In this document: one piece after another, positions 36,905-46,056 of the stretch
Layout: each line of letters opens with the position of its first letter
How positions within the stretch are numbered: position 1 is the stretch's first letter
Assembly: GCA_021158045.1 (NCBI GenBank)
Contig: JAGGVK010000018.1
Location: 1-49,592 of the forward strand
Source: a bacterium
GTDB lineage: Bacteria > Patescibacteriota > Minisyncoccia > Minisyncoccales > CG1-02-41-26
Direction: 5' to 3'
DNA: 49,592 bases
Position numbers and translations under genes: made by a program
The notes under the pieces: model-generated
Seen by the model: only the letters and a program-made list of their open reading frames with translations
Told to the model about the DNA's origin: nothing
The model's database searches: none

Positions 36905-37261
36905 ATGCCTTTATTAGAATTTCATGCTTTAAATCCCCTAAATTTTGCTCCCTCTATTGGTTTAAGTTTGTATATGATTTTGGTTCATATTCCGATTGTA
37001 GGCGGATTTGCTTTTGCAGCTATCTACATCATAAAGTATCTTAAAAAATTCTACGGTTCTCGTCCCATTCCTTTAGAGTGGAAAGTTTTCTGGACGGCAT
37101 TAATTTGGGCTACAATCCATGAACTTATTGAAGTTCCTCTTCTTTATCAGTGGGTGGTAGGGCAGGTTTTGCTTATTGTTTTCTTTTTTGTGCAGATAAT
37201 AGCAGGTGTGTATTTAGTATGGGGAGCTTATCTTTTGGCTAAAAAATATATTTTAAAGTAA
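36905..37261 (+). CDS. Small 3-TM membrane protein, paralog of the upstream gene
   Basis: TM-FYGSRPIPLEWK-TM(HE.IEV)-TM-GAYLLAK. Confidence 0.7.
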   Translation: MPLLEFHALNPLNFAPSIGLSLYMILVHIPIVGGFAFAAIYIIKYLKKFYGSRPIPLEWKVFWTALIWATIHELIEVPLLYQWVVGQVLLIVFFFVQIIAGVYLVWGAYLLAKKYILK

Positions 37262-37269
37262 TTAAGTAA

Positions 37270-37821
37270 ATGGAAAGGATAATTGAAGATTTGCAAGAAG
37301 ACCTTAGAAACATCATAGAAGGCAAACCGCCTAAAGTTTTAAGGAAGGAATCAGGCGATTTAATAGATTTGAGATTGCTAAGGATAGTTGATTTTTCTTT
37401 ACAATGGGCTTCGGTTGGCTATAAATCGGCTTTAAGGTTTGCTGGAATGAAGTTTGGCAGGAGGATGGGAGAGGATAGCGTTACAAGAGAGCTGTCGTCT
37501 TTATTAGGAGAAATTAAGGTATTGATTGAAAAATTAAAAGATGGTAAAGTAGAAATTGAAGTTTTGCCAGAAAAGGAAAAAGCGCAGTTTAGGGTGCACA
37601 GTTCTTCCTTAGTTAGTTCTGTGCCAAATATTTCTCAAACAATCTGCTTTTTTAAAGAAGGATTTATAGAGGGCTATCTTGATGGAGTAATTAAAAAGCA
37701 AGGCTCTTTAACGGCAAATTTTAAGAAAATAAGCGAAGTTGTGGTTGAAGAAACAAAATGTCAAGGGAAAGGCGATAAATATTGTCAATTTACCATTTAT
37801 CTTAAAGGTCAAAGCAAATAA
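37270..37821 (+). CDS. V4R domain protein
   Basis: G...G, CFFKEGFIEG, VEETKCQGKGDKYCQF. Confidence 0.82.
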   Translation: MERIIEDLQEDLRNIIEGKPPKVLRKESGDLIDLRLLRIVDFSLQWASVGYKSALRFAGMKFGRRMGEDSVTRELSSLLGEIKVLIEKLKDGKVEIEVLPEKEKAQFRVHSSSLVSSVPNISQTICFFKEGFIEGYLDGVIKKQGSLTANFKKISEVVVEETKCQGKGDKYCQFTIYLKGQSK

Positions 37822-37826
37822 AAAAT

Positions 37827-38195
37827 ATGGCAAAAAAAATTTTGATTGCAGAGGACGAAGAAATTCTTTACTCTCTCTTAAAACAGAAATTGGTTCAGCA
37901 GGGTTATGAAGTCTCGGTAGTCAAAAATGGTAAAGAGGCTTTAGAGCAAATGCGGAAAGAAAAACCAGACCTTCTTTTGCTTGATATTATTATGCCCGAG
38001 AAAGGAGGTTTTGAGGTAATGGAAGAGATGCAAAAAGACCCTTCCTTGAAGGATATTCCTATTGTTATTATTTCTAATTCCGGACAGCCTGTAGAAATAG
38101 ATAAAGCTAAGAGGTTGGGGGCAAAGGACTGGGTTATAAAAACAGAATTTGACCCCCAAGAGGTAATGGAAAAAGTCAAAAAGGAAATAGGGTAA
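37827..38195 (+). CDS. Single-domain response regulator (receiver)
   Basis: ILIAEDE, LLDIIMP, ISN, K. Confidence 0.93.
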   Translation: MAKKILIAEDEEILYSLLKQKLVQQGYEVSVVKNGKEALEQMRKEKPDLLLLDIIMPEKGGFEVMEEMQKDPSLKDIPIVIISNSGQPVEIDKAKRLGAKDWVIKTEFDPQEVMEKVKKEIG

Positions 38196-38316
38196 ATGTG
38201 CGTGCTAGCCAATCACTAGTTTGTTCGCGAATATTCAGTAAATAATTAGAGGATGATTCATATTAGGCATATTGTGAGGTATTTGTGATTTAATTAGAGA
38301 TTGGTTAGCAGTTTCT

Positions 38317-38688
38317 ATGGCAGCCAAAATATTAATAATTGAAGACGACAGGTTTTTAAGAGAATTAATGGCAAGAAAACTTGAGCAGGTTGGCTACGAG
38401 GTTGTTGAATCTGTTGATGGTGAAGATGGCTTAAAGAAAGTGTCTCAAGAAAAGCCAGATTTAGTTTTGCTTGATTTAATTCTACCCGGCATAGACGGTT
38501 TTGAAGTTCTCTCAAAAGTGAAAGAAAAACCAGAATTAAGCGCCATTCCAGTTATTATACTTTCTAACCTTGGGCAGAGAGAGGATATAGAAAAGGGCTT
38601 AAAATTAGGAGCAGTTGACTTTTTGGTTAAAGCCCATTTTACTCCAAACGAGATTGTTGATAAAGTAAAACACTTGCTGAAGAAATAA
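38317..38688 (+). CDS. Single-domain response regulator (receiver)
   Basis: ILIIEDD, LLDLILP, LSNL, K. Confidence 0.93.
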   Translation: MAAKILIIEDDRFLRELMARKLEQVGYEVVESVDGEDGLKKVSQEKPDLVLLDLILPGIDGFEVLSKVKEKPELSAIPVIILSNLGQREDIEKGLKLGAVDFLVKAHFTPNEIVDKVKHLLKK

Positions 38689-38772
38689 ACATTGAGTCCT
38701 ATTTTTGCGCTATGCAAAAATCCGTTATTTGTTTTTTGGCATAGGGGAAATAGGATTTTTGTTATTTTTAGT

Positions 38773-39675
38773 ATGCCCGAACTTCCAGAAGTGGAAACCA
38801 CAATTCGTGAGATGAAAAAAGAAAAAATCCCCGGATTAAAAATTAAGGATATCTGGACAGACTTTCCTAAAATGATTCATCTAATGCCTGCTAAAAAAAT
38901 CTCAAAGCAGGATGCTGAAAGAAGTATTTTTAAAATTTTTAAAAAAAAGACAGAAAATAAAACAATAGAAAATATTTGGAGGAAAGGCAAGAATATTATT
39001 TTTGACTTATCAGATAATCTCACTTTACTTTTGCACCAAAAATTAACTGGGCATCTCCTATACGGTGTATGGCATTTAGAACGGAAGGAATGGAAGTCTA
39101 ATGCGTCTGGTCCCTTGAGGGAAAGAATAAATTCTTACATCCATTTAATTTTCTTTCTTGATAATGGGAAAATGTTAGCCCTTTCTGACCCGAGAAAATT
39201 TGCCAAAGTTGAACTTTGGAGAAAAAGTGATTTTAAAGAATCAAACACTTATAAAGATTTGGGAGACGACCCGCTAAAAATTAGCTTTGAAAAGTTTAAG
39301 GAAGGCTTGAAAAGAAGAAAAACTCCAGTGAAGAAGGTTTTAATGGACCAAAATTTTATAGCCGGCATAGGAAATATTTATTCTAGTGAAATTTTATTTG
39401 AAGCAAAAATTCATCCTTTAAAAAAGGCAAGCGAGTTGAGCCGAAAAGAAATCGAAAAATTGTATAAGGCTATGCAAAAGATTTTGAAGGAAGCCATTAA
39501 TGTTAAAGGGGAATCGATTTCTGATTACAGGACACTTTCGGGAAAGAAAGGAGGTTTTGATAAGTTAAGGAAGGTTTATAGAAGAGAGGCGTGTTCTCGG
39601 TGCGGAGCAAAAATAAAAAGGATAGAAATAAGCGGCAGGAGCGCCTATTATTGCCCAGTTTGCCAGAAAATGTAA
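38773..39675 (+). CDS. mutM: Formamidopyrimidine-DNA glycosylase (ATG at 38773)
   Basis: MPELPEVET, DPRKF, AGIGNIY, C-terminal Zn finger CSRC...CPVCQ. Confidence 0.97.
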   Translation: MPELPEVETTIREMKKEKIPGLKIKDIWTDFPKMIHLMPAKKISKQDAERSIFKIFKKKTENKTIENIWRKGKNIIFDLSDNLTLLLHQKLTGHLLYGVWHLERKEWKSNASGPLRERINSYIHLIFFLDNGKMLALSDPRKFAKVELWRKSDFKESNTYKDLGDDPLKISFEKFKEGLKRRKTPVKKVLMDQNFIAGIGNIYSSEILFEAKIHPLKKASELSRKEIEKLYKAMQKILKEAINVKGESISDYRTLSGKKGGFDKLRKVYRREACSRCGAKIKRIEISGRSAYYCPVCQKM

Positions 39676-39693
39676 TATTGTTAAATTATTAAG

Positions 39694-40641
39694 ATGATTA
39701 TATTCCTATACGGCAAAGATACATATCGAGCTAGGGTAAAGATGAGAGAAATAGAGAAGCGTTACAGAAGAATTCACGCCGAGAACTTAGATTTGATAAG
39801 GGTTAACGCTTCAGAAGTGAGTTTCCAAGATTTTCTGGACCAAGCCTTGCAAACTTCAATTTTTGTTAAAAAGAAACTGGTTTTTTTAGAAGATGTTTTT
39901 CTCACCACAGATTTTGAGAAAAAGTTTTTGAAGAAAATAGAAGAGTTTGCTAAACTTGAAAATATCATTTTAGTGCTTTTTCAAGCAGGAGAAATCTCTA
40001 AAAAGAATAAGTTATTTTTAGCTCTTGAGAAATATGCGGAATGCCAGGAATTTCAAGTTCTCAAGGGAGAAAGCCTAAAAAAGCAGTTGATAAAAAAGGC
40101 AAGGGAGAACGGTTTGGAATTTTCTGATGTTTTGTTGCAGAGGTTAATTGACAGTTTTGGGAATGATTTATGGAAATTGTCGAATGAAATAGATAAAATA
40201 GCCGCTTTCTTGAGAAACAAGCCTCAGAAGAGAGTTCGCCTTGAAGATATTGAATATCTGTGTTCTGTTTCGCCTGAGGTAGATATTTTTAAAACTATTG
40301 GTTATTTAGGCAGGAAGAACAAAAAGATAGCCTTGGAATTGTTAGAGCAGCATTTGAAAAATGGAGATAACCCATTTTATCTTTTATCAATGGTTAATTA
40401 CCAATTTAAGAATCTTTTAGCAACAAAAGATTTTATTATGAGAGGGAAATCATTAAGCCAGCTTTTAGCTTTGCGGGGGCTTCCCTCTTTTGCTTTAAAG
40501 AAGTATTGGCTCCAGGCGGAAAAATTTAGTTTGAAGGAATTAAAAAAAATCTGCCAGCAAATTTTTGAGGCAGACTTAGACATTAAAACTGGCAAGGCAA
40601 AGCCAGAGGAGGAATTGAGAACCTTAATAGCAGAAATCTGA
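39694..40641 (+). CDS. holA: DNA polymerase III delta subunit
   Basis: IFLYGKD.Y, GNDL..L.NEIDK, ADLDIKTG. Confidence 0.9.
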   Translation: MIIFLYGKDTYRARVKMREIEKRYRRIHAENLDLIRVNASEVSFQDFLDQALQTSIFVKKKLVFLEDVFLTTDFEKKFLKKIEEFAKLENIILVLFQAGEISKKNKLFLALEKYAECQEFQVLKGESLKKQLIKKARENGLEFSDVLLQRLIDSFGNDLWKLSNEIDKIAAFLRNKPQKRVRLEDIEYLCSVSPEVDIFKTIGYLGRKNKKIALELLEQHLKNGDNPFYLLSMVNYQFKNLLATKDFIMRGKSLSQLLALRGLPSFALKKYWLQAEKFSLKELKKICQQIFEADLDIKTGKAKPEEELRTLIAEI

Positions 40642-40656
40642 AAATTTGGCAAGGAT

Positions 40657-40923
40657 TTAAGATTGGTTTTTGTTTATAAGTTGGCTCACCCTTGATTTTT
40701 TTCTTGAGGCTGTATTTTTCTTTATGGTTTTGCTTTTTACTGCCTTGTCCAAAGCTTGGTAAAATTGAGGTAGAACTTTTTTAGCCTCCTCAATCTTTTT
40801 TTCGGAAACCAAAGACAAAATCTTCTTTTGAAGATTCTTTACTTTCCCTTTCCTCTTAATATTCCTTTGCCTCCTTTTGATGTTTTGCCTAAGGGCTTTT
40901 TTAGCGGACTTAGTAGTTGGCAT
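40657..40923 (-). CDS. rpsT: 30S ribosomal protein S20
   Basis: KSAKKALRQ, LDKAVK...KKNTASRKKSR. Confidence 0.96.
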   Translation of the reverse strand: MPTTKSAKKALRQNIKRRQRNIKRKGKVKNLQKKILSLVSEKKIEEAKKVLPQFYQALDKAVKSKTIKKNTASRKKSRVSQLINKNQS

Positions 40924-40931
40924 AATAATAA

Positions 40932-41067
40932 CGCAGGGTTAGTTGCGGCACGGCTTGCTCCGTTCCTCTAGCGCTGCTCTTTTTAAAATTAATATAGGAT
41001 ATGGCGGGTGGGTGGCGTCCTGCGCGGGCGCCTGCGATTTCCCGGCTTTCTTCCGAACATATCTATA
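40932..41067. ncRNA. GC-rich structured intergenic element, candidate ncRNA
   Basis: Stems ggcgtcc/gggcgcc, acgg/ccgt and tataggatatg/catatctata in an AT-rich context. Confidence 0.4.
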
Positions 41068-41079
41068 CTTTAGGTTACA

Positions 41080-43032
41080 CTATTTTATTTTTTTAATCAA
41101 GTCGCGTATCTCAGCTGCCCTTTCAAAATCTAAATTGCGGGCAGCTTCTTTCATCTCTTTCTCTAAGAGTTTGACATCCCGAATTATAGCAAACTCTGGG
41201 CTTATTTGTTTTTCTTTTGAAACAAATGACCATTCTCTGATTTCCTTAACAATTGGTTTTGGAGTAATATGGTGAGTTTTATTATATTCCATTTGAATTT
41301 TTCTTCGCCGCTCAATTTCCTTTATTGCTCTTTTCATTGAACGGGTATTCTTTTCAGCATACAAAATGCAATGGCCGTTGATATGTCTAGCTGCTCTGCC
41401 CATTGTTTGGATTAGAGTTGTCTTATTTCTTAGAAAACCTTCTTTGTCAGCATCTAAAATTGCAACAAGGCTTACTTCTGGCAAATCTAGTCCTTCTCTT
41501 AAAAGGTTTATTCCCACAATTACATCATATTCGCCTTCTCTCAGTTTTTTTAAAATTTCAGGCCTTTCTAAGGTTTTAACCTCAGAATGCAAATAGCTTG
41601 TTTTAATTCCTTCATCTTTAAAATAATCTGTTAATTCTTCAGCTAACCGTTTAGTTAGAGTGATAACCAAAATACGCTGGTATTTTTTTATTCTTTTTTT
41701 AACCTCTTTAATTAAATCTTTAACTTGCTCTTTAGCAGGCCTTATCTCAATAGATGGTTCCAAGAGTCCCGTGGGGCGGATAAGTTGTTGAACGAGCAGT
41801 TTTGATTTTTGGTTTTTAATTTTTCCTAATTCATAAGGGCCAGGAGTTGCTGAAACATAGATTGTCTGTTTTATTTTCTTTTCAAGCTCCTCAAAACTTA
41901 AAGGGCGGTTGTCTAAGGAGGAAGGAAGCCGAAAACCATATTTAATTAAGGTTTCTTTTCTGCGGCGGTCGGTGTTGTACATTGCATGCAGTTGGGGGAT
42001 AGTCATATGAGACTCGTCAATGAAAACAATATAATCTTTGGGAAAATAATCCAATAAAGTAAATGGCGGTTTTCCAGGCTTCCTGAATTCTAAGTGCCTT
42101 GAATAATTCTCAATCCCATGGCAATAGCCGGTTTCTTTTAGCATTTCTAAATCATAATTTGTCCGTTGCTCTAAACGTTCTGCTTCGAGCAGCTTTCCTT
42201 TATTTTTTAATTCTTTTAACCTTTCTTGCAATTCAAGTTTTATATTTTCTATGGCAACCTTCAATTTTTCTTGGGGGGCTATCCAAAATTGAGCAGGAAA
42301 TATTCTTATTTTTGAGTTTTGAGTTTTGAATTTTGAATTTGAGAAATTTTTGCCACGAACTTCTTTTATTAATATTTGGTCAAGCTTATCTCCAAAAAAC
42401 TCAATCCGGATAATTTTCTCTCCAGTAACCACAAAAATTTCAACAGTGTCTCCCTGAACTCTAAAAGTGCCTGGCTGGAAGTCGATGTTGTTTCTTTGGT
42501 ATTGCAAAGAGCTTAAAATTTTCAGGAAATCTCTTCTTTTTATTTTTTGCCCCTTTTTTATCTCTAAGGCAACTTTTTGGTAAGTTTCAGGCGAGCCGAG
42601 ATTATAAATACAAGAAACCGAAGCCACCACTATTACATCTCTTTTGCTCAAGATGTCTTGAACAGCAGCGTGCCTTAACTTATCGATTTCTTTATTTATT
42701 TTCGCATCCTTTTCAATATAAATGTCTGTTTGGGGAATATAGGCTTCTGGCTGATAGTAATCGTAATAGCTTACGAAGTAATGCACCCCATTTTCTGGGA
42801 AGAATTCCTTGAATTCCTGGTAAACCTGCGCAGCTAAGGTTTTATTGTGGGAAATCCAGAGTGCTGGCTTTTGGAGGTTTTCAATTACTTTAGCGCAGGT
42901 ATAGGTTTTTCCACTGCCTGTTACACCGAGGAGCACAGAGTTGCTCTGTCCCTGTTTAATATTTTGAGTTAGCTTTTTGATTGCTCTTGGCTGGTCGCCG
43001 GTTGGCTTTAACTTTGAAACTAACTTAAACAT
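41080..43032 (-). CDS. uvrB: Excinuclease ABC subunit B
   Basis: PTGDQP, GVTGSGKT, YFVSYYDYYQPEAY, DESH, GRAAR, C-terminal UVR domain. Confidence 0.99.
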   Translation of the reverse strand: MFKLVSKLKPTGDQPRAIKKLTQNIKQGQSNSVLLGVTGSGKTYTCAKVIENLQKPALWISHNKTLAAQVYQEFKEFFPENGVHYFVSYYDYYQPEAYIPQTDIYIEKDAKINKEIDKLRHAAVQDILSKRDVIVVASVSCIYNLGSPETYQKVALEIKKGQKIKRRDFLKILSSLQYQRNNIDFQPGTFRVQGDTVEIFVVTGEKIIRIEFFGDKLDQILIKEVRGKNFSNSKFKTQNSKIRIFPAQFWIAPQEKLKVAIENIKLELQERLKELKNKGKLLEAERLEQRTNYDLEMLKETGYCHGIENYSRHLEFRKPGKPPFTLLDYFPKDYIVFIDESHMTIPQLHAMYNTDRRRKETLIKYGFRLPSSLDNRPLSFEELEKKIKQTIYVSATPGPYELGKIKNQKSKLLVQQLIRPTGLLEPSIEIRPAKEQVKDLIKEVKKRIKKYQRILVITLTKRLAEELTDYFKDEGIKTSYLHSEVKTLERPEILKKLREGEYDVIVGINLLREGLDLPEVSLVAILDADKEGFLRNKTTLIQTMGRAARHINGHCILYAEKNTRSMKRAIKEIERRRKIQMEYNKTHHITPKPIVKEIREWSFVSKEKQISPEFAIIRDVKLLEKEMKEAARNLDFERAAEIRDLIKKIK

Positions 43033-43173
43033 ATTCTAAAATCAAATATTTTATAAAATATCGACAAACATATTTTGTCGTAAAACAGATTTTTAATACA
43101 ATCCTCTTTTTATTTGTAGGCTTTCAAAATTTGGTAAATTAAGGTATGATAAAAAAAGATTATTGTTTGAATT

Positions 43174-43746
43174 ATGATTTCCTTTTTAGAAGGGAAAATT
43201 ATTTTGAAGAGAGACAATTTCCTTATTGTAGAAGTTGGAGGCGTTGGTTATAAAGTCTTCCTTTCCCGTAGCTCTCTTCAGAGAATAGCAGAAAAAGGCG
43301 AGAACATCAAACTTTTTTGCTACCTTGACATTGGCGAGAGGAGCTTAAAACTTTATGGTTTTCTGACTTTCGAAGAACTAGAGTTCTTTGAAATTTTAAG
43401 GAATATTTCTGGCGTAGGGCCTAAAGCTTCCTTGGAGATTGTTTCCCTGGGCAAGGTTGAGGAAGTAAAAAAAGAAATAGAAAAAGGAAATGTGAAATTT
43501 TTTGTTGATATTCCTGGTATTGGCGCTAAGAAAGCCAAAAAAATTATTCTGGAACTCTCTGGAAAATTGAAAGCCTTAACTCCTCCCTTAAAAAAAGAGA
43601 AATTTCCAGAAGATGAAGTATTTTTAGCTTTATTAAATCTTGGCTTTAAAAAAGAGGCGATAAAAGATGCTCTTTCGCAACTTCCAAAGGGGGTTAAAGA
43701 CGCTCAGGAGAGAATTAAATATGCCTTGAAAATTTTAGGGGAATAG
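43174..43746 (+). CDS. ruvA: Holliday junction DNA-binding protein RuvA
   Basis: VGGVGY, LYGF, ISGVGPK, IPGIGAKKA, AL..LGF. Confidence 0.96.
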   Translation: MISFLEGKIILKRDNFLIVEVGGVGYKVFLSRSSLQRIAEKGENIKLFCYLDIGERSLKLYGFLTFEELEFFEILRNISGVGPKASLEIVSLGKVEEVKKEIEKGNVKFFVDIPGIGAKKAKKIILELSGKLKALTPPLKKEKFPEDEVFLALLNLGFKKEAIKDALSQLPKGVKDAQERIKYALKILGE

Positions 43747-43764
43747 GTAAAATTATAACTGTCT

Positions 43765-43965
43765 ATGGAAACCATTGAGATTCCAAAAACTAAATATGAA
43801 AAACTCATAAGAAATCAGCGTGAGTTGGCTAAAAGACTTGAGCAAGTAGTTGCTAAGCTTAAAGCCTTGGGCAGGCTTGAAGATTTTGAGAAACTGGCTC
43901 TCTTGGGTAGAAAATTTGCCAAAGAGAGAGGTATTAAACCCCAAGATGTTTTAGCTGATGATTAA
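43765..43965 (+). CDS. Putative antitoxin
   Basis: 66 aa, overlaps the start of the PIN gene; ends FAKERGIKPQDV. Confidence 0.65.
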   Translation: METIEIPKTKYEKLIRNQRELAKRLEQVVAKLKALGRLEDFEKLALLGRKFAKERGIKPQDVLADD

Positions 43966-44368
43966 AGCAGTTTTAGATACTAATGTAATAATTTCTGCTT
44001 TGTTTTGGCGTGGCGCTCCTTTTTTAATTCTCCGAAAAGCCATTAAAGGAGATTTTTTATTTTTGAGTTCACCGAATATTTTAAAAGAAGTAAAAGATAA
44101 ATTAATTTCGAAATTTAATTTTCCAAAAGAGAAGACAGACCAATATTTAAAAATTTTAATAGTCAATTGTGAATTAATTAAACCCGAGAAGAAACTAAGA
44201 GTGGTGGAAGATGACCCGAGCGATAATAAGATTGTTGAGTGTGCTGACGAAGGAAAGGCGAGCTTAATAATTTCTGGCGATAATCATTTAAGGAAATTAA
44301 AGAGATATAAAGACATTAAAATAGTTTCTCCTGCTCAAGCCTTGAAAATTTTGGGGGATAAGAGATAA
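43958..44368 (+). CDS. PIN-domain (VapC-like) toxin
   Basis: VLDTNVIISA, E, DPSDNKIVECA, IISGDNHL. Confidence 0.9.
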   Translation: MIKAVLDTNVIISALFWRGAPFLILRKAIKGDFLFLSSPNILKEVKDKLISKFNFPKEKTDQYLKILIVNCELIKPEKKLRVVEDDPSDNKIVECADEGKASLIISGDNHLRKLKRYKDIKIVSPAQALKILGDKR

Positions 44369-44412
44369 TCAGCAATATTTTATCTGTAATAATTATTCTT
44401 AAGCGTTAAAAA

Positions 44413-45705
44413 ATGATAAAAGGTGTGGTTGAAAAATTCGTGCCTTCTATTTTCTTAAGATGGTATCATTTTTTGCTGGCTTTTTTTGGCGCTGTGCTCT
44501 ATAGGTTTCCGTCACGAAGATTAAAAGTTATTGGCGTTACAGGTACTAATGGGAAATCAACAGTGGTTGAACTGGCTGATAGAATTTTGGAGGAGGCAGG
44601 ATATAAAGTTGCTTCTGTTTCCTCAATCAAATTTAAATTAGGTCCAAAGGAATGGAAAAACGATTTAAAAATGACAATGCCCGGCCGCTTGAAACTTCAG
44701 AAATTTTTAAGAAAAGCAGTAAACAACGGGTGTCAGTATGCGGTTTTAGAAGTAACCTCAGAGGGGATTTTGCAGTATCGCCATCGGTTTATCAATTTTG
44801 ACATAGCCGTCTTTACAAATTTGTCTCCAGAGCATATTGAGCGCCACGGTAGTTTCGAGAAATACAGAGAAGCAAAAGGAGAACTTTTTAGGGCAGCTAA
44901 AAAAGTCCATATAATTAATTTAGACGACAAGTCAGCGGAATATTTCTTGCAGATTCCAGCTATTGAGAAAATATCTTATGGAATAAAACAAAATGTTGGC
45001 ACTCAAAACCATAAATTTATTAAAGCCAGCAACATAAAATTGTCTGAGAAGGGAGTGGAGTTTACCATTGGCAATACGAAGTTCTGTTTGAACTTAATAG
45101 GCGAATTTAATGTTTACAATGCTTTAGCAGCTGTTTGTGTTGGAATTTCTCAAGGCATAGATTTAGGAATTTGCAAAAGAGCCCTAGAGAAGATTCGCCT
45201 AATTCCGGGAAGAATGGAAATGGTTATTGCTAAGCCCTTTAAAGTATATGTTGATTACGCTCATACGCCTGATTCGCTTCGTAAAGTTTATGAAACTTTA
45301 ATTAATTTAAAGCCGAAAATTAAAAATCAAGAACCGAAAATGATATGTGTTTTAGGAGCCTGTGGTGGAGGGAGGGATAAATGGAAAAGGCCAGTGTTAG
45401 GGAAGTTAGCGTCTATGTATTGTGACAAAGTGATTATTACTAACGAGGACCCTTATGATGAAGACCCGATGGAGATTATAAATCAAGTAGCAGAGGGAGC
45501 AGAAGGAAAAGCAGAGAAAGTTTTAGACAGAAAAAGAGCCATAAGAGAGGCTATTAAGATGGCAAAAACAGGTGATGTAGTTGTTATTACCGGTAAAGGT
45601 TTAGAGCCATGGATGTGCATAGCAGGAGGTAAAAAAATTCCGTGGGATGATAGAAAAATTGCGCAAGACGAATTCAAAAGGGAGTATTCTGCCCTTGAAA
45701 GTTGA
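44413..45705 (+). CDS. murE: Mur ligase, MurE type
   Basis: GVTGTNGKST, EVTSEG, FTNLSPEH, PGRME, VDYAHTPD, GGGRD..KR, TGKG. Confidence 0.92.
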   Translation: MIKGVVEKFVPSIFLRWYHFLLAFFGAVLYRFPSRRLKVIGVTGTNGKSTVVELADRILEEAGYKVASVSSIKFKLGPKEWKNDLKMTMPGRLKLQKFLRKAVNNGCQYAVLEVTSEGILQYRHRFINFDIAVFTNLSPEHIERHGSFEKYREAKGELFRAAKKVHIINLDDKSAEYFLQIPAIEKISYGIKQNVGTQNHKFIKASNIKLSEKGVEFTIGNTKFCLNLIGEFNVYNALAAVCVGISQGIDLGICKRALEKIRLIPGRMEMVIAKPFKVYVDYAHTPDSLRKVYETLINLKPKIKNQEPKMICVLGACGGGRDKWKRPVLGKLASMYCDKVIITNEDPYDEDPMEIINQVAEGAEGKAEKVLDRKRAIREAIKMAKTGDVVVITGKGLEPWMCIAGGKKIPWDDRKIAQDEFKREYSALES

Positions 45706-45763
45706 AAATTTGTCTTAAAGGGGTAGAATCTTAATATGCTCTTGTGGCTTTTGTTTTTTATAA

Positions 45764-45837
45764 CTCCCTGTAGCTCAATTGGATAGAGCAGGACCCTTCT
45801 AAGGTCAAGGTTGGAGGTTCGACTCCTCCCAGGGAGG
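45764..45837 (+). tRNA. tRNA-Arg(TCT)
   Basis: Acceptor ctccctg/cagggag, loop cttctaa, GTTCGA T-loop. Confidence 0.92.
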
Positions 45838-45846
45838 CTAATTTAT

Positions 45847-45918
45847 GGTGGCTATGGTGTAATGGCAGCACTAGAGTCTGTGGAACTCTCGGTAAGGGTT
45901 CAAATCCCTTTAGCCACC
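45847..45918 (+). tRNA. tRNA-His(GTG)
   Basis: G-1, acceptor gtggcta/tagccac, loop ctgtgga. Confidence 0.93.
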
Positions 45919-45940
45919 CAATAGGCAAATGTAGATACTA

Positions 45941-45966
45941 AAAAAGACAGATTAGTCTGTCTTTTT
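45941..45966. terminator. Bidirectional terminator between tRNAs and htrA
   Basis: aaaaagacag-attagt-ctgtcttttt. Confidence 0.7.
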
Positions 45967-46056
45967 AAATTTTTAACTGATTTTTGGTTTATCTATTTTA
46001 GCTGTAGATATTGGATTGTTAGATATGTTATTTATAACGGACTTAAGAGCGCATTT

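Noticed and set aside
40943..41275. 110-aa + strand ORF
   Set aside because: Antisense to the uvrB 3' end, TTG start, no family motif
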